Shown: positions 1-12,250, counted from the first letter of the stretch. The stretch: DNA of 64,000 bases from Takakia lepidozioides (GCA_030704615.1 CM060733.1:59582001-59646000); one strand, 5' to 3'. Numbers and translations are program-made. The notes: generated from the sequence alone by a model not told the origin.

Positions 1-90
1 TAGCTCTTAGAAAGTTCCATAAGCCTGCCCAATATGGGCCTCCAAGGACCTCCAATCGTCCTCCAACCAGCCCTCACAAGGCTCCACATG

Positions 91-371
91 CCTGCAAAAC
101 ATTGGCCTCAAAGGACCCCAAATAGTCCTTCAAACAGCCCCAAGCAGGCTCCACAAGCCTGCAAGATATTGGCTTCAATAGACCCCAATATCCTCAAGCA
201 GGCCCAATACCTGCAAGATATTGGCCTCAATAGACCCCAAATAGTCCTCAAAGCAGGCCCCAATACCTGTAAGATATTGGCCTCAATAGATCCCAAATAG
301 TCCTCAAACAGGCCCAATACCTGCTAGATATTGGCCTCAATAGACCCCAAATAGTCCTCAAACAAGCCCCC
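91..371. repeat. tandem repeat, ~55-bp unit, about 5 copies
   Basis: Recurrent CCTGCAAGATATTGGCCTCAATAGACCCCAAATAGTCCTCAAACAGGCCCAATA. Confidence 0.9.
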
Positions 372-399
372 ATAAGGCTCCAAAAATATCCACAGTCAG

Positions 400-780
400 T
401 CGATTTTTCATCCGTCACCAACCAAATTTAATCCAAAACCGTGATTTCTCATCCGCAGGTCTGATATTTCATCCGCCACGATAGTTCATCCGTCGGTGCG
501 ATATTTCATCCGCTGGCGCAGTTTCATCCGTTGCCGCGATTTTTCATCCGCTGCCACGATTTCATCCGCTGACGCAGTTTCATCCGTCGTCGTGATTTTT
601 CATCCGATGGCACGATAGTTCATCCGCTGACGCAGTTTCATCCGTCACCGCGATTCTTCATCCGATAGCGCGATAGTTCATCCACTGACAACATTTCATC
701 CACTGGCGCAGTTTCATCCACTACAGATTCTCATCCAGGAGCGCCGATTCTCATCCACTGGCTCAATAGTTCATCCGATG
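400..780. repeat. minisatellite with TTTCATCCG core, ~18-21-bp unit, about 19-20 copies
   Basis: TCATCC(G/A) recurs about every 20 bp. Confidence 0.9.
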
Positions 781-811
781 GGACAATGGTGGTGCTCCCA
801 ACTCTGGGGCA

Positions 812-901
812 ATGTTCCCACACGTTCCCATGCGTTCCCAAGCGTTCTCATGCGCTCCCTCGAGTTCCCAAGGAGTTCTCACGTGTTCCCACGCGTTCCC
901 A
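812..901. repeat. short ~11-bp GTTCCCA-core tandem repeat
   Basis: GTTCCCACAC/GTTCCCATGC/GTTCCCAAGC units. Confidence 0.75.
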
Positions 902-1995
902 AGCTAGGGTTTGCGCCGCTTTGCCTCTGCGATTGCTGCAACGAGCTATGGCTTCTATGGAGCAACTAGAGGTGCTGTTCTTGGTTTCTTGAGCATCAAT
1001 AGACCACCAAGAGCGCCTCTAACTCCCTGAGCAAGCTATTTGCCACATAACAAGCTCTCTTTCTCTATAGAACTTATTGAAACAGCATAGAACAAGCTAT
1101 TGAGCTCTCTATGGCATACCCTCTTCTAGCCACTGCATGCACTCATAGTGCTTCATTCTATGGCCATAGTGGACTTCTTAGAGCTCCTAATCCAACCCTG
1201 CACTTGCCATTTCCATAGACATGCTCTTTCCAAGCTTGGGATTGAAACCCCAACTCAAAGCATGCTCTACAAATACACTATTCTGCCCCAAAGAAAAATC
1301 AGATGTCTACCTCCACTCATAGCTCTCCTAAGCTTGAAGTTGAAGACTCCCACAAGCTGAAACCGTGCTCCACACATGCACCGCTCGCTCCCTTAACACC
1401 CGAGCTCTTCTTGAACTCCTCAAACCCTGCAACACTTGCAGAATAAGAGCTTCTTCACAAGCTCTCAAACTTTTCAATGGGGCTCTCCTTGAAGACCTCC
1501 TCTTGTACATAAACACCACAAGGCTTTCCTCTTCCAAACCCTGCAATACTTTGTAACTTAAGAGCTATCTACCAAGCTCTCTTCCACACACAAGTGGTAA
1601 CTATGCTAACACCTTGTACTCATCGATGTAAGCAAGTCGTCTTCTAGTGATACGGAAATGGTGAAAAGAGGATAAACCACTCTATCACGTTATATAAGTC
1701 AATCCCATGGCACCTTTGCTAAATGACTCCACCATACAGACCTCACCCACTTTCCATCTCAAGAACTAGAGTTATGGCGGCGAGAGAGGCCTCGAGAGGC
1801 TCGACTAGAAGAAGACAAGCCTGCCTACGTCTCACATGGAGATAACCTCTCCACGTTCCAAGTGAGGTTCACCACCTCACTTGGCACATGGAACCAAATG
1901 AAGTCCCAATGCCAACAAAATACAAATATAAATGTATAATGTCCTAATTAGCTAGAAATAACTATTTCTAATTAATCACAAACAAAACCATGATA

Positions 1996-3753
1996 TGGGT
2001 ATGATCAGGAAGAAGCACTCAGAATCTACGAGCAAATGGAAGTAGAAGGTGTGAAGCCTGACAGGGTCATGTTCATTTATGTTCTCAATGTCTGTACGAA
2101 CTTAGGAGCGCTGGAAAAGGGCAAGCAGGTCCATTCCGACATTCTGAAATTAGGAATTGCATCATATACTGGTACAGACAATGCCCTCATTAACATGTAT
2201 GCCAAATGTGGGAGTATGAAAAATGCACACCAGATGTTCCAAATTATGGCTAAACCAGATGTGGTCTCATGGAGTGCAATGATTGCAGGATATGCTCAAC
2301 ATGGATCTGGTACAGAGGCTTTCAAAATGTATGAGCAAATGCAACAGGAAGGGGTTATGCCCAACAGCATAACATTCATTTGCATTCTCAATGTATGTGC
2401 CAGTGTAGGAGACCGGGAAAGGGCGAAGAGGTCCACGCTGACATAATGAAAGCTGGAACTTCTTCGTGTATTTAAGTGGAGAACAGCCTTCTTGACATGT
2501 ATGCCAAATGTAGGAGCGTAAGAGATGCACATTAGGTTTTTGACAAAATGCCTGAACGAGATGTAGTCTCATGGAAGGCCATGATTACAAGATATGCTGA
2601 GCATGGCTATGCTGAAGAGCTTTCATTAAGATACAAGCAAAATGGAACTGGACGCGATGACACCGAACAGGGTCACGTTTGTTTTCTATTGTCAATGCAT
2701 GTACCAGTCTAGGGGCCCTGGAAAAGGGCACGCGGTTCCATGCTCATATTATCAAAGCTGGGGTTGTGTCATATATTAACTTGGACAATGCCCTTGTTAA
2801 CATGTATGTCAAATGTGGGAGTATTCACGATGCACCTCAAGTGTTTGAAAATATGGTTCAGCAAGCATGGAATGCCATAATTGCAAAATATGCTCAGCAT
2901 GGGTGTAGTACAGAGGCCTTCCAACTATTTGAACAGATGCAGCAGGAAGGCTTGAAGCCAGATGGTATCACCTTCGTTTCTCTTCTCTCTACTTGTAGGC
3001 ATGTAGGCCTGGTGGATGAAGGCCACCACTTGTTTGGTTCCATGAGTAGAGATCACGGCCTCACTCCTACAGTGGAGCATTTTTGCTGCATTGTGCACCT
3101 TCTTGGCCGTGTAGGCCGATGAATTGAGGCAGAAGAGTTCATCAACAAAATGCCAATTGAACCAGATGCTCTGGTTTGGGGGACCTTGCCTGCTGCTACC
3201 AGAATTCATGGGGATGTGGAGGTAGCAGAACATGTAGCAAAATCTCTTCTCAAGTGCGATCCCAACCACCCTGCAGCTTATGTGCTGCTATCCAACATCT
3301 ACGCCGCATCTGGCAGGTGGGATGATAAAGCAGAGGTGAGAAAATTGATGGATGACAGATGTGTCAGATTGAGCCAGGACAAAGCTATATTGAAGTCAAC
3401 GACCAGGTACATACATTTGTTCCAGAGGATGAAATGCATCCACGAATCAAAGAAATCCATGCTGAGCTGAAGATATTGTCTGGGCAGATGCAACAGGCCG
3501 GCATGTGCCTGACACACGCTCTGTATTGCATGATTTGGAGGTGGAGCAAAATGAGTTTTCTCTTTGCCACCACAGTGAGAGGCTGGCCATTGCTTTTGGG
3601 CTCATCAGCACCCCTGCAGGGATGTGTGGTGACTGCCACCACACTGCCACCAAGTTCATCTCACGAATTGTTGGGTGGACGGTTGTTGTACGGGATGCCA
3701 ACCGATTCCACCACTTTCAAGATGGGGTTTGTTCTTGTGGGGATTACTGGTGA
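1996..3753 (+). pseudogene. PLS-class pentatricopeptide-repeat protein with E/E+/DYW domains (organellar C-to-U editing factor type), frameshifted and 5'-truncated by the retroelement
   Basis: PPR motifs (NALINMYAKCGS, DVVSWSAMIAGYAQHG, KPDGITFVSLLSTC), E domain (MPIEPDALVWGTL, AAYVLLSNIYAASGRW), DYW ([38 protein letters not shown] stop) spread over ORFs 2036-2446, 2679-3122, 3150-3470, 3359-3760 and 3505-3753. Confidence 0.92.
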
Positions 3754-4449
3754 AACATAATATGCCATGGAGTGCAACAGTCACTGCTCTACTTTCTGTG
3801 AACTGCCCATGGTGATGCGCAACATTCAAGTTTGATGGTAGCAGTGGCATCACAGGAACAGCTCTCAATAGAACTGCGGTTTCCAAATGCTTGCATCGAT
3901 GGAGAAAGGGATCCTGAGAAAAATGGCGTACCCAAGCAGGTGTTTTATTTGGAAAATGTCCAACTTCACCAACCCTATTGAACACAGTCTAGGAAAACTG
4001 CCTACAGATCAGCATCTCTTTTGTTGGGTAAAATCTCAAGCTGCATTAACAAAGTTCTCTGGAGGAAAGATTGTTGTGGAAGTAATGATGCAAAGCCCTG
4101 CATAACCAGGGAGAGGGTTTGCAGATTAGTAATGGTGCTACAAATACTTCAGAATATGTAGGTGGATAGTCATTGAGATCTTGAAGAAATTCCCATGGGG
4201 AGGGGTGGTGGCCAAACCTTCTTGAGTATCCTTAAGATATGGGCCAGCCAAGCAGCTTTGGAATGATGACAGGGTGGCATGGATCCAGTGAGCCAATTGT
4301 TTCTTCAAATGCCTGAAAGTAATGTGTTCTCATTCACATGTTGAAAGAGCTCACATGCCCCTCATCGGGCCACTGATGAGTAGGTTTTGCAAGCATTGAA
4401 GCTTTGTTGTCATCCTGAGTGCATGCACTAGCCCGGCAGCTCCGGAAAG

Positions 4450-5130
4450 GCAGCCTTGCGTGTGCAAGCCTTGCAACTCTAGAAAAACGTGAAGAGGTGC
4501 ACGGCGACATTGTCAGAGCTGCAATTGTACCAAATGTCATTTTAACAATGCTCTCGTGGACAATGCACGTGCAGGCCTGGGAGCTCTGGAAAAGGGGAAA
4601 GAGGTCCATGGTGACATCGTCAAAGCTGGAATTGTACCACATGTCATCCTGAACACTGTCCTGGTGGACATGTATGCAAAATGTGGGTGCATTAAGGATG
4701 CGAAGGGAGTTTTCACCACTATGGCTGACCGAGATGTGGTGTCGTGGATTGCGATGCTTGCAGGGTGTGCACAGCAGGGGCGCAGGATGGAGGCCTTGGA
4801 GACCTATGAGCAAATGATGGGGAAGGGGTGAAGCCCGACCACATCACGTTTGTATGTGTTTGCAGTGCGTGTGCAAGCCTGGCAGCCCCTGAGGTGCATG
4901 GTTGCATCGCCTAAGCTGGAATTGTACCAGATGTGATTCTGAACAATACCCTCGTGGACATGTATGCCAAATGTGGGAGCATTGAGAATGCGGAGGGAGT
5001 GTTCAACAATATGGCCGAACAAAATGTGGTGTTGTGAAATGCGATGATCGCAGGATATGCCCAACATGATTGTCATAGGGAGGTCCTGCAACTATTTGAA
5101 GGAATGCAAAAAAAACGGGGCTTGAAGCAT
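4450..5130 (+). pseudogene. PLS-PPR gene fragment, paralogous to 33440-39300
   Basis: ORF 4556-4831 (LNTVLVDMYAKCGCIKDAKGVFTTMADRDVVSWIAMLAG). 5055-5128 is nearly identical to 38590-38660. Contains stops and frameshifts and has no C-terminal domains. Confidence 0.85.
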
Positions 5131-5948
5131 CAGTATTGACACATTGGTAGTACATGTGTGGGCTCGTCTTACACAGGAGTTAATGACGCAATTTTGATGG
5201 ACATTCACATATTTGGCTAGATTTGCATGTGATCTCACACTGGAAGGTTCGTCAATGAGTTATTTCAACTGCCTGCTGTTGTAACATGGGCGGAAGCGTT
5301 GTTTGCACGGATGAATTCAGACAAAGAAGTTGACACTGGATACAACCCGCTAAGGGGGCCAGTGGACCCAAAGCATCATGTTTCTTGTGAAATCCCTCAC
5401 GCTGATAGCTTTCCTTCTTATGATCCCGCCTTGTCGAGAAGGTGTGGAAGGAAAGTATGATAGCTACCTCTCAGGGAGAGCTCAAATCAGCTGCAGTGGA
5501 ACTTCGAGAGAAAACAACGTAATTTTGAGTTTTTGGTGGTGCTTGCTATTCGTGTTGCTAGGACTAACCATGACCAAACAGCATTGACCAAGGAAGTCAA
5601 TGACTTGCAAATGTCCGGGACTGATGTCATGTAGAAAGAAACAGAGGAGTATTGGGGACTGGTGGAGGACCAGTTCCTGCTGCCGTAGGTTGGGGTTTAG
5701 CTTTGTGGGTTGTGGAGATACGACGCTACGAATGTATTGGTCTTTGAAGCTAGCCTAGTCCCTCTATTTTTTGTCTTCTAAAAGGCTGCTGGATGCCCTA
5801 AACCATCCCCATGGCTTGACATTGTCCTCTCTTCACCCACATCTTTTTCAGCCTCTTCACTCAACCTACACTTCATCCGAGCTGAGCTTCTGGTTATCTA
5901 GCAATTTGCCCCTAGTCCCAATGGAATCTGACCAACCGCCGTTGATGA

Positions 5949-6125
5949 TGTCGTGTGCATACATATCGCTACACAACTACATCGCTGTCCAAAACCATAC
6001 AACACATGTGCACACCCCACACTAGTATACCACTAGTCCACCACTAGTCCAACCACTAGGCTACAACTAGTCAGTCACTAGGCTGCCACTATGCTGCCCA
6101 CTATGGCAGTCACTAGTCCACACAA
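5949..6125. repeat. terminal repeat segment A (copy 1, outer)
   Basis: Near-identical to 6444-6643, 45977-46165 and 63567-63752. Confidence 0.95.
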
Positions 6126-6643
6126 TGATAAAGAATAGGAATACAAACACGAGTTCACAAATCTGAAGCATAAACTTATGCATATATAACCTCATCACTC
6201 AAATACAAGTCAAGCCAAGTGCACCCCACGCCATGGGGAATCCACACTACGGCGCCATAGCTAGGCGCGGTGAGGCTCAACTCGAGAAAGATGAGCCTCC
6301 CGCACTTGCCGTGAAGATAACCACTCCAGGGCCTAAATCTGCCTTGACCCCTGGATTGACACTTGGGCCAATCCCAAATGTCAATATGTAAAAACTAGCT
6401 ATTTCCTAGCTAGTTTCACACTAGTGGCAAATAACTTGACAGCTGTCGTGCGCATACATATCGCTACACAACTACATCGCTGTCCAAAACCACACAACAC
6501 ATGTGCACACCACACACTAGTATACCACTAGTCCACCACTAGTCCAGCCACTAGTCCAGCCACTAGTCCACTACTAGGCTACAACTAGTCAGTCACTAGG
6601 CTGCCACTATGCTGCCCACTATGGCAGTCACTAGTCCACACAA
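6126..6643 (-). repeat. intact LTR unit B-gc-A (B 6126-6441, GC 6442-6443, A 6444-6643)
   Basis: TGAT...CACA boundaries. B matches 30612-30928 with about 4 substitutions and 1 indel. Central palindrome GACAGCTGTC at 6438-6447. Polypurine tract directly adjacent. Confidence 0.9.
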
Positions 6644-6654
6644 TCGCCTCCCTA
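6644..6654 (-). promoter_or_regulatory. putative polypurine tract
   Basis: Minus strand AGGGAGGCGA immediately precedes TTGTGTGG, the LTR start. Copy 2 has AGGGGGGCGA at 46166-46175. Confidence 0.6.
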
Positions 6655-6902
6655 GCTGGTGCTTAGGTCCCTCTAAGTCCAGGTAGCCACAAGATGTGAT
6701 AGTGACCATAGCCTCACTAAGTCCTCCACCACTATCCCTACTACACTCAAACTCGATAGATCAAGAGGCCGGGTGCAAGAGTTGCCCCATCGTTAGTCGC
6801 CGTCTTGCAACCTGTGAACTTGAGCTTGGGATCTCATGTATTGACTCCTATGAGCTTGGCCTCCCATGTCTTATTAGCTGCCTCAAGTCATGTCCACTGC
6901 CA

Positions 6903-8200
6903 CTATCCCAAGCAGTGTGGACACAACCAATCTCCGTCAGGAACCTTCTCAAGAGGTGGTGTCAAGCATCCCATATGCCAACCCCTTGAGCATCGATCAC
7001 ACACCATCATGGTGGCTGCCCCTTTGGCAGACCCACAGAGCATGCACCTCAAACCTGCAGGTACCACTGCCAAGTTTGGGTCAACTCTGCCATCGACATT
7101 GGGAAGGTGACATGGCGCACAATTACGCACATGGTCCTTCCAAGTCATGCCATCCCGACCCTCCAAGATCAGGACCCCTGAGGGCAACACCTCTCGAACC
7201 CTCAGAATAACACGCCCTGCAGTAACATCCAGAGTCGTAGGAGCAGTCTGCTGCAAATAAACATAGTCACCAGGGCTAAACCTCCACCCACGTATAGTGG
7301 CATACCTCAACGTATCACGGTGCTGTGCAATGGCAAGGTTCTCAAAAGCCATGGGCATGACTTTCTTGAACAACTGCACGCTAATCACATGCACGTACCC
7401 ACACGTCCGGATCGTCAAGGTTAAGGACTTGAGCAGTGTCCCTACGAATGGCTGCAGGCAAATCCGGCTCTCGGCCAAAGAGAAGGAAATATGGTGAGAA
7501 GGAGGCAAGTGATGCTTGTTTGTTGAACCTGTAGCCCATGGCTAACCAAGGAACCTGAAGATCCCAATCTCCTAGGTGTCCCTTCTGTAAGCCATACTTG
7601 CGCAAACCCCTCTTCACCGTCTGAACAACTCTCTCTGCTAAGCCATCGGCCTCAGGATGATCCCGAGAAGTGGTGCGGTGGTCTATCAAGGCTTTATCAC
7701 ACAAAGCTTGAAACTCCCCCAAAAACTCTCTCCCTTGGTCCGTGAGTACCTCAGCTGGAGAACCAAATTGGCTAAGCACACGATCCAAGAATGCATACGC
7801 AGCCCCCTCACTAGCCTTGTCAGGCAATGAAACCAACTCAATCCACTTGGAGAAGTGCTCCACCATCACCAACACATATCTGTGGTGGCGCATAGTCAGT
7901 GACAACGGTCCTGCGAAGTCAAGACTCCACCTGTAGCCCAATCCCATGATTGGTAAAGGATGCAACTATGGTGTAGGGGCGTTGAATGAAGCACGCACCC
8001 TGTCACACACCATGCACCTAGCCACGAACTGTTGCACCTCTGTATGCATACCACGCCACCAATACTGCCCTGCAGTAAACTGTGAGTACGTCGCACTCCA
8101 AAATGCCCCAACTCCTCATGGGAATGCCGCACTAACCGTGCACGCTGTGTGGGGTAGGCACAATCCTCACCCGACATCTCCCCAACTCGAAGTAGGTGGT
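6903..8200 (-). pseudogene. pol: DDE integrase with N-terminal HHCC zinc motif and C-terminal PHD finger (frameshifted)
   Basis: HEELGH..CMVC; WSLDFAGP, VLTDQGREF, HPEADGLAER (D-D-E); PHD CMLC..VCDRCSRGWHMGCLTPPLEKVPDGDWLCPHC at 6903-7050. Confidence 0.92.
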
Positions 8201-8479
8201 ATCCCCTCCCACTTGAACCTCTTGGCTCGTTGCAGGATCCGATCCCTCTCCCTGGCAGTCACAATGGCTGCCGTGTCTCCTGTGCGGAGGTAGTCCAACA
8301 CAGCCGAATCCTCATGTATATCTCTGGCACCACCTAGCTCATCACTAGCCTCAGGGTCCTCAGACACTCCGTCTACAGTCATCCCTGTTGTAGGTCCAAT
8401 CTGACCTCCCGATGCCAAGATACACAAAAATGCAGATGCGTGCCATCCCGCACCATCTCCTCGTCCGTCTCACCATGCC

Positions 8480-9846
8480 ACCGAGCTCCAGTGTCATCCT
8501 GCTGGCTCATGCATGGATTGCGACTCAATCCATCCGCATCCCGATTGACCAAACCCGGTCGATGCACAACCTGAAAGTCATACTCCTGGAGTATAAGTGC
8601 CCACCGTGCAAGCTTCCCCGTAAGCTTGTCTGACTCCATCAACCACTTGAGTGGCTGGTGATCCGTGACAAGGGTGAAAAATTGCCGTATAGATAGCACC
8701 TGAAGTGTGCCACGGCCCACACTGCAGCTAAGCACTCTCCCTCATATGAGCTGTACTTAGCCTCTGCAGCGTTGTTCGAGCGGCTAGCGTAAGCCACTAC
8801 GAACTCTCTTCCCTCATCATCCACCTGTGTGAGCACCGCTCCAAGCCCAGCATGCTCCAATCCGTATGCAGCTGAAAGGGACGCCCCCTGATAGGTCGTC
8901 TCAAGATAGGCGCCGAGGTCAACCTCGCCTTGAGCTCTTGAAAAGCTCGTTCCTCTTCCTCCTGGTCCACCTTGGTCTCTTGGTTAGAGCCTTTGCAATG
9001 GTACTATCCCTTGACAAACCGTCTATAATAGTTTGCCAACCCCATGAAAGCTCGAACTCGGCTCACATCCGTGGGGCGTGGAATTTGTGCAATGGCCTCT
9101 ACCTTAGTCTGCTGTACCCCCAATCCTCCAGGATATATCATGTGACCCAGATACTCAATCTGGTTGTGGAAAAACTTGCACTTCCCCGGATGCAACTTCA
9201 ATCCGTGCGCTCTCAAGCGCTCCAATACCACCTGAAGGTGTCTCTCATGCTCCTCCATCGTAACACTAAAGATGATGATGTCATCTATGTAGCACCGAGC
9301 AAAGTCCACCCCTGCTAGAATCCTATCCATGACTCTCTGAAACTCTGCAGGAGCATTCTTAAGCCCAAATGGTAAGAACCGCCACTGATATAGGCAATCC
9401 TTGCCGTGCTCATTGATCCCCCAGAATGCCGTCTTCTGCTTGTCCGCCTCCTTGATTGGCAACTGGTGATATCCGGATCGTAAATCCAAAGTGCTAAAGG
9501 CCTTAGCATGCCCGATGGCATCAAAGATCTCCTCTGGTGTTGGCATGGCATACTTATCGGACTTGGTCTGACGATTTACAGGCCGGTAATCACCGCACAT
9601 ACGTCTCTCCGTCCAATTGCCATAGACATCCTTCTTGGCTGGCATCACTGTGGCTGAAGCATACTCTCCACCAGAGAGCTCCACCAAACCTGCCTCCCAG
9701 AGATCTTGAGTCCTCATCTGAATCAAAGACCTCTCCATGTCACTGTATCTATAGGGTCTCCGAAAGATTGGCGTGTCAGTGGCCAACTCAATACGATCTC
9801 TTGACCCTTCAGTGCTCCCAAGTCCTTCAAACTGAAGGCAAAGCAA
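8480..9846 (-). pseudogene. pol: reverse transcriptase and RNase H (frameshifted)
   Basis: RMCGDYRPVN, LDLRSGYHQ, LPFGLKNAPAEFQ, YIDD, FMGLANYYRRFV; RNase H VAYASR, YSSYEGECLA, TDHQPLKWL, NRDADGLSR. Confidence 0.95.
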
Positions 9847-10289
9847 TTCCTGTAAGCCCTCAGGAACCGCCGTATACGTCGTCTCTCTCCTCCGGTGACA
9901 ATGGGTCCAATGTCAGGGCTCCCAATTGTCCTCCGTAACTGCAACCTTAAGTCCAGTGGGCTTAGAGGTAGAGGACGCGTCCAGTGGTTGCTATGTTGCA
10001 ACCTCTTGAGCAGTACTCCCCGCCTGCTCAGTCAATGACAAGGCCTCATCCTGCCCCATCATCTCATCCTTGAGGACCTCCTCAACCCGAGAAGAATCCC
10101 CAACCTCATCCATCACAGCCGCCTTGGCTGCCAACTCCCTCTGAACCTCGAGCACCTCCCACGTGTGCCATGGATGCATGCACCCCGTGGTCCTCACATG
10201 CTCGCCCCCACTCACTGCCTGTACCGTCTCGGTAGGCAGAGAGACCATTGAGGGAAGTGTATTCCGCACTCTGCGTTGCTCAGCCAGAG

Positions 10290-11245
10290 CCAAGCTGATA
10301 ATCCAGGTCAAGCAATTGAGATCCATTGCTTGCCCCAACACTTGACGACGTGATGCCTCAGAAAGAGACGACACGTGGTACCAGTGGTAAAACCCATTGC
10401 CCGCTCACGCTCGTCAGCATTAGGCTCCACTAACTACTGCTGCAACTGAGCATCCCACAGGAGGCCAGGTCCACTATCCCGGAAAGCATGCGATCCTGGG
10501 AAGCTGAGCAGTGTAGGTAATGCTGCTCGTGGTTGACCCACCTTGTTGACCACTGCCAAAGGCAAAACGGTCATCGTGTCTCACACGCTGAGACTGCCTC
10601 CCTGTGTCCAGAATGTTATCCACTGTGAGATGTGCTGGCCGCTGCACCCCATCAAATGCACGCTTGAGCAGTGCGGGTGGCATCAAGTTAGTCCACCATA
10701 GCCGTGGACGATGAGCCCGTGACCCCACTGTAGCTGCATCTAGCAACACTGCTGACCCAAGCCACGACCGGACTTGATGCACACTGGCCATCACCCTGGC
10801 CCGAGAATCGCCCATCAGTGGCACATTCTCCAAGATGTATGCTGGAGATACAGCTTGATGAAGCTGCAAGTGGCGCAAAACCCGCACCATCTCCCAAAAC
10901 AGACCCGACCTCGAGTCTCGCAATCCATTGCCATGCCCGGCTGATGAATGCCCTTGGCAGGGCCAACCTGCCACTACCAGATCAATGGAGCCAACCCGCT
11001 CCAAATCCTGCGCCCCCAGCAACGAAATGTCTGCTGGCAAGGCCTGCTGATATCCACGAATTGCAGACACCGACAACAACTCAGGGTACCGCTGCACCAA
11101 CTGAGCAACATGGCGAAGTGAAACGCGTCGTGCAGTCTCATCCCTCTCCACATACAGGTAACGCCGAACTCGTACACCTGCTGTAACACAGCAGCCAATC
11201 CGGTGCTGATCCCGCCAAACAAGTCCAGAAGACAAATGCCTTCAT
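10290..11245 (-). pseudogene. pol-embedded C5 DNA cytosine methyltransferase domain (frameshifted)
   Basis: Motif I LLDLFGGISTG, II YVERD, IV DLVVAGWPCQGHS, VI YILENV, VIII RAHRPRLWWTN, X-like RRQVLGQAMD, in canonical order (ORFs 10974-11288, 10474-11235, 9991-10374). Confidence 0.92.
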
Positions 11246-11639
11246 CCGGATACTGCCACACAATAGGTGTGGTGTCCAATGGAGACAACTGAGGTGGTCC
11301 TGGTGCAATCCCCCACTCTCCTCCTCTCCTGACGGTACAAAAGCCTCCACCCAGGCTTGTTGCACCCGTCGATCAGCATCCCGCTGCAAATCCTTGCTCG
11401 TGCCCCACAATGGAGTCTGAGCAACCATGGTAGGCAACTCCGCCATACCATACATGTCATCCTGCTCTCCCGGAGGTGGTACATCCTCTGAATGAGCATT
11501 GCCCTCAAGCAACTCTCTAGGCCAACTCACTGCCGCTGTGAATGCTGCTAGTGTCGGCATCTTGCCTCGCTGGGCAACCGCAACTCCTCCTATGAACGTC
11601 ACAGGGAGCTGCACACGCCGGCCCTCCCCTGACCATGCA

Positions 11640-12010
11640 GGCCTATAGGAAGCTGACTCCTCCCAAAAATCCAGGGTGAAGCCCATGGGGTACAACACTG
11701 CCCCACCAACCAGGACATCGTATAGACTGCGTCTGTCACAATGGCCTTGGCTCGCATCACTGAGCCATCTGTAGGGTGATCCGGCCGTAGTCTGATAGCC
11801 AACTCATGCCGTGTCATGCCCCGAGCCTGCTCCGATCCTCCCAGAGACGTCTGTATCTGGAAAGGACAAGGCTCCATATCCGCCTCCGTGAGGCCCAAGC
11901 CTGCAATAGCAGCTCTGCCAGCATCAATGGCTGAGCTCCCGAGTCCAACAAGACCCGCAGTGGCCGGTACCTCTTGCCTGCCGGTCCACTCAAACAGAAA
12001 ATGCATCCTG
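11640..12010 (-). pseudogene. pol: aspartic protease
   Basis: VLLDSG motif near 11940-11955 (reads RVLLDSGAQPLMLG in copy 2, ORF 53538-53915), followed by IQTSLGG and YDVLVGG. Confidence 0.8.
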
Positions 12011-12250
12011 GTTGTCTAACATGACAACTCCAGGTGTCACCATGGCGCGCTCAATGGCTGGCCTAGCTGGCAGCTCCATCAACCTGGCAGCTTGCCATGG
12101 CGCCGCCGTGGCAGTCTTGACCCTCAAATCCGAGGATCCCTCCGGCACTACACCTCCCACTATCTCCGCAGAAGATGAAGTAACCTCCCCACTCTCACAG
12201 AGTGTAGCTGCCAGCCTGAACACCTCAGCTGGTTTTACCCGGCGTCGCAA

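Larger units (their letters stand above)
1..1995 (-). mobile_element. 5' end (half-LTR plus repeat-rich leader) of a retrotransposon related to the split-LTR gypsy family, inserted in a PPR gene
   Basis: 1648-1995 parallels segment B of the family at 5949-30928: TGATA start, TTATATAA box, GAGGCTC..AGCCT stem, end AAACCATGATA versus AATAACTTGACA. The leader shares blocks such as CAAGCTAGGGTTTG and AAGCTTGAAGTTGAA with 29170-29520. PPR codons resume at about 1996. The coding part lies outside the window. Confidence 0.65.

Noticed and set aside
5949-6441. Independent solo LTR (A-B) that happens to lie next to the element
   Set aside because: It has no TSD of its own, ATGA brackets the whole 25-kb unit, the identical GC joint recurs at 63565 on the opposite end of copy 2, and B variants are element-specific.
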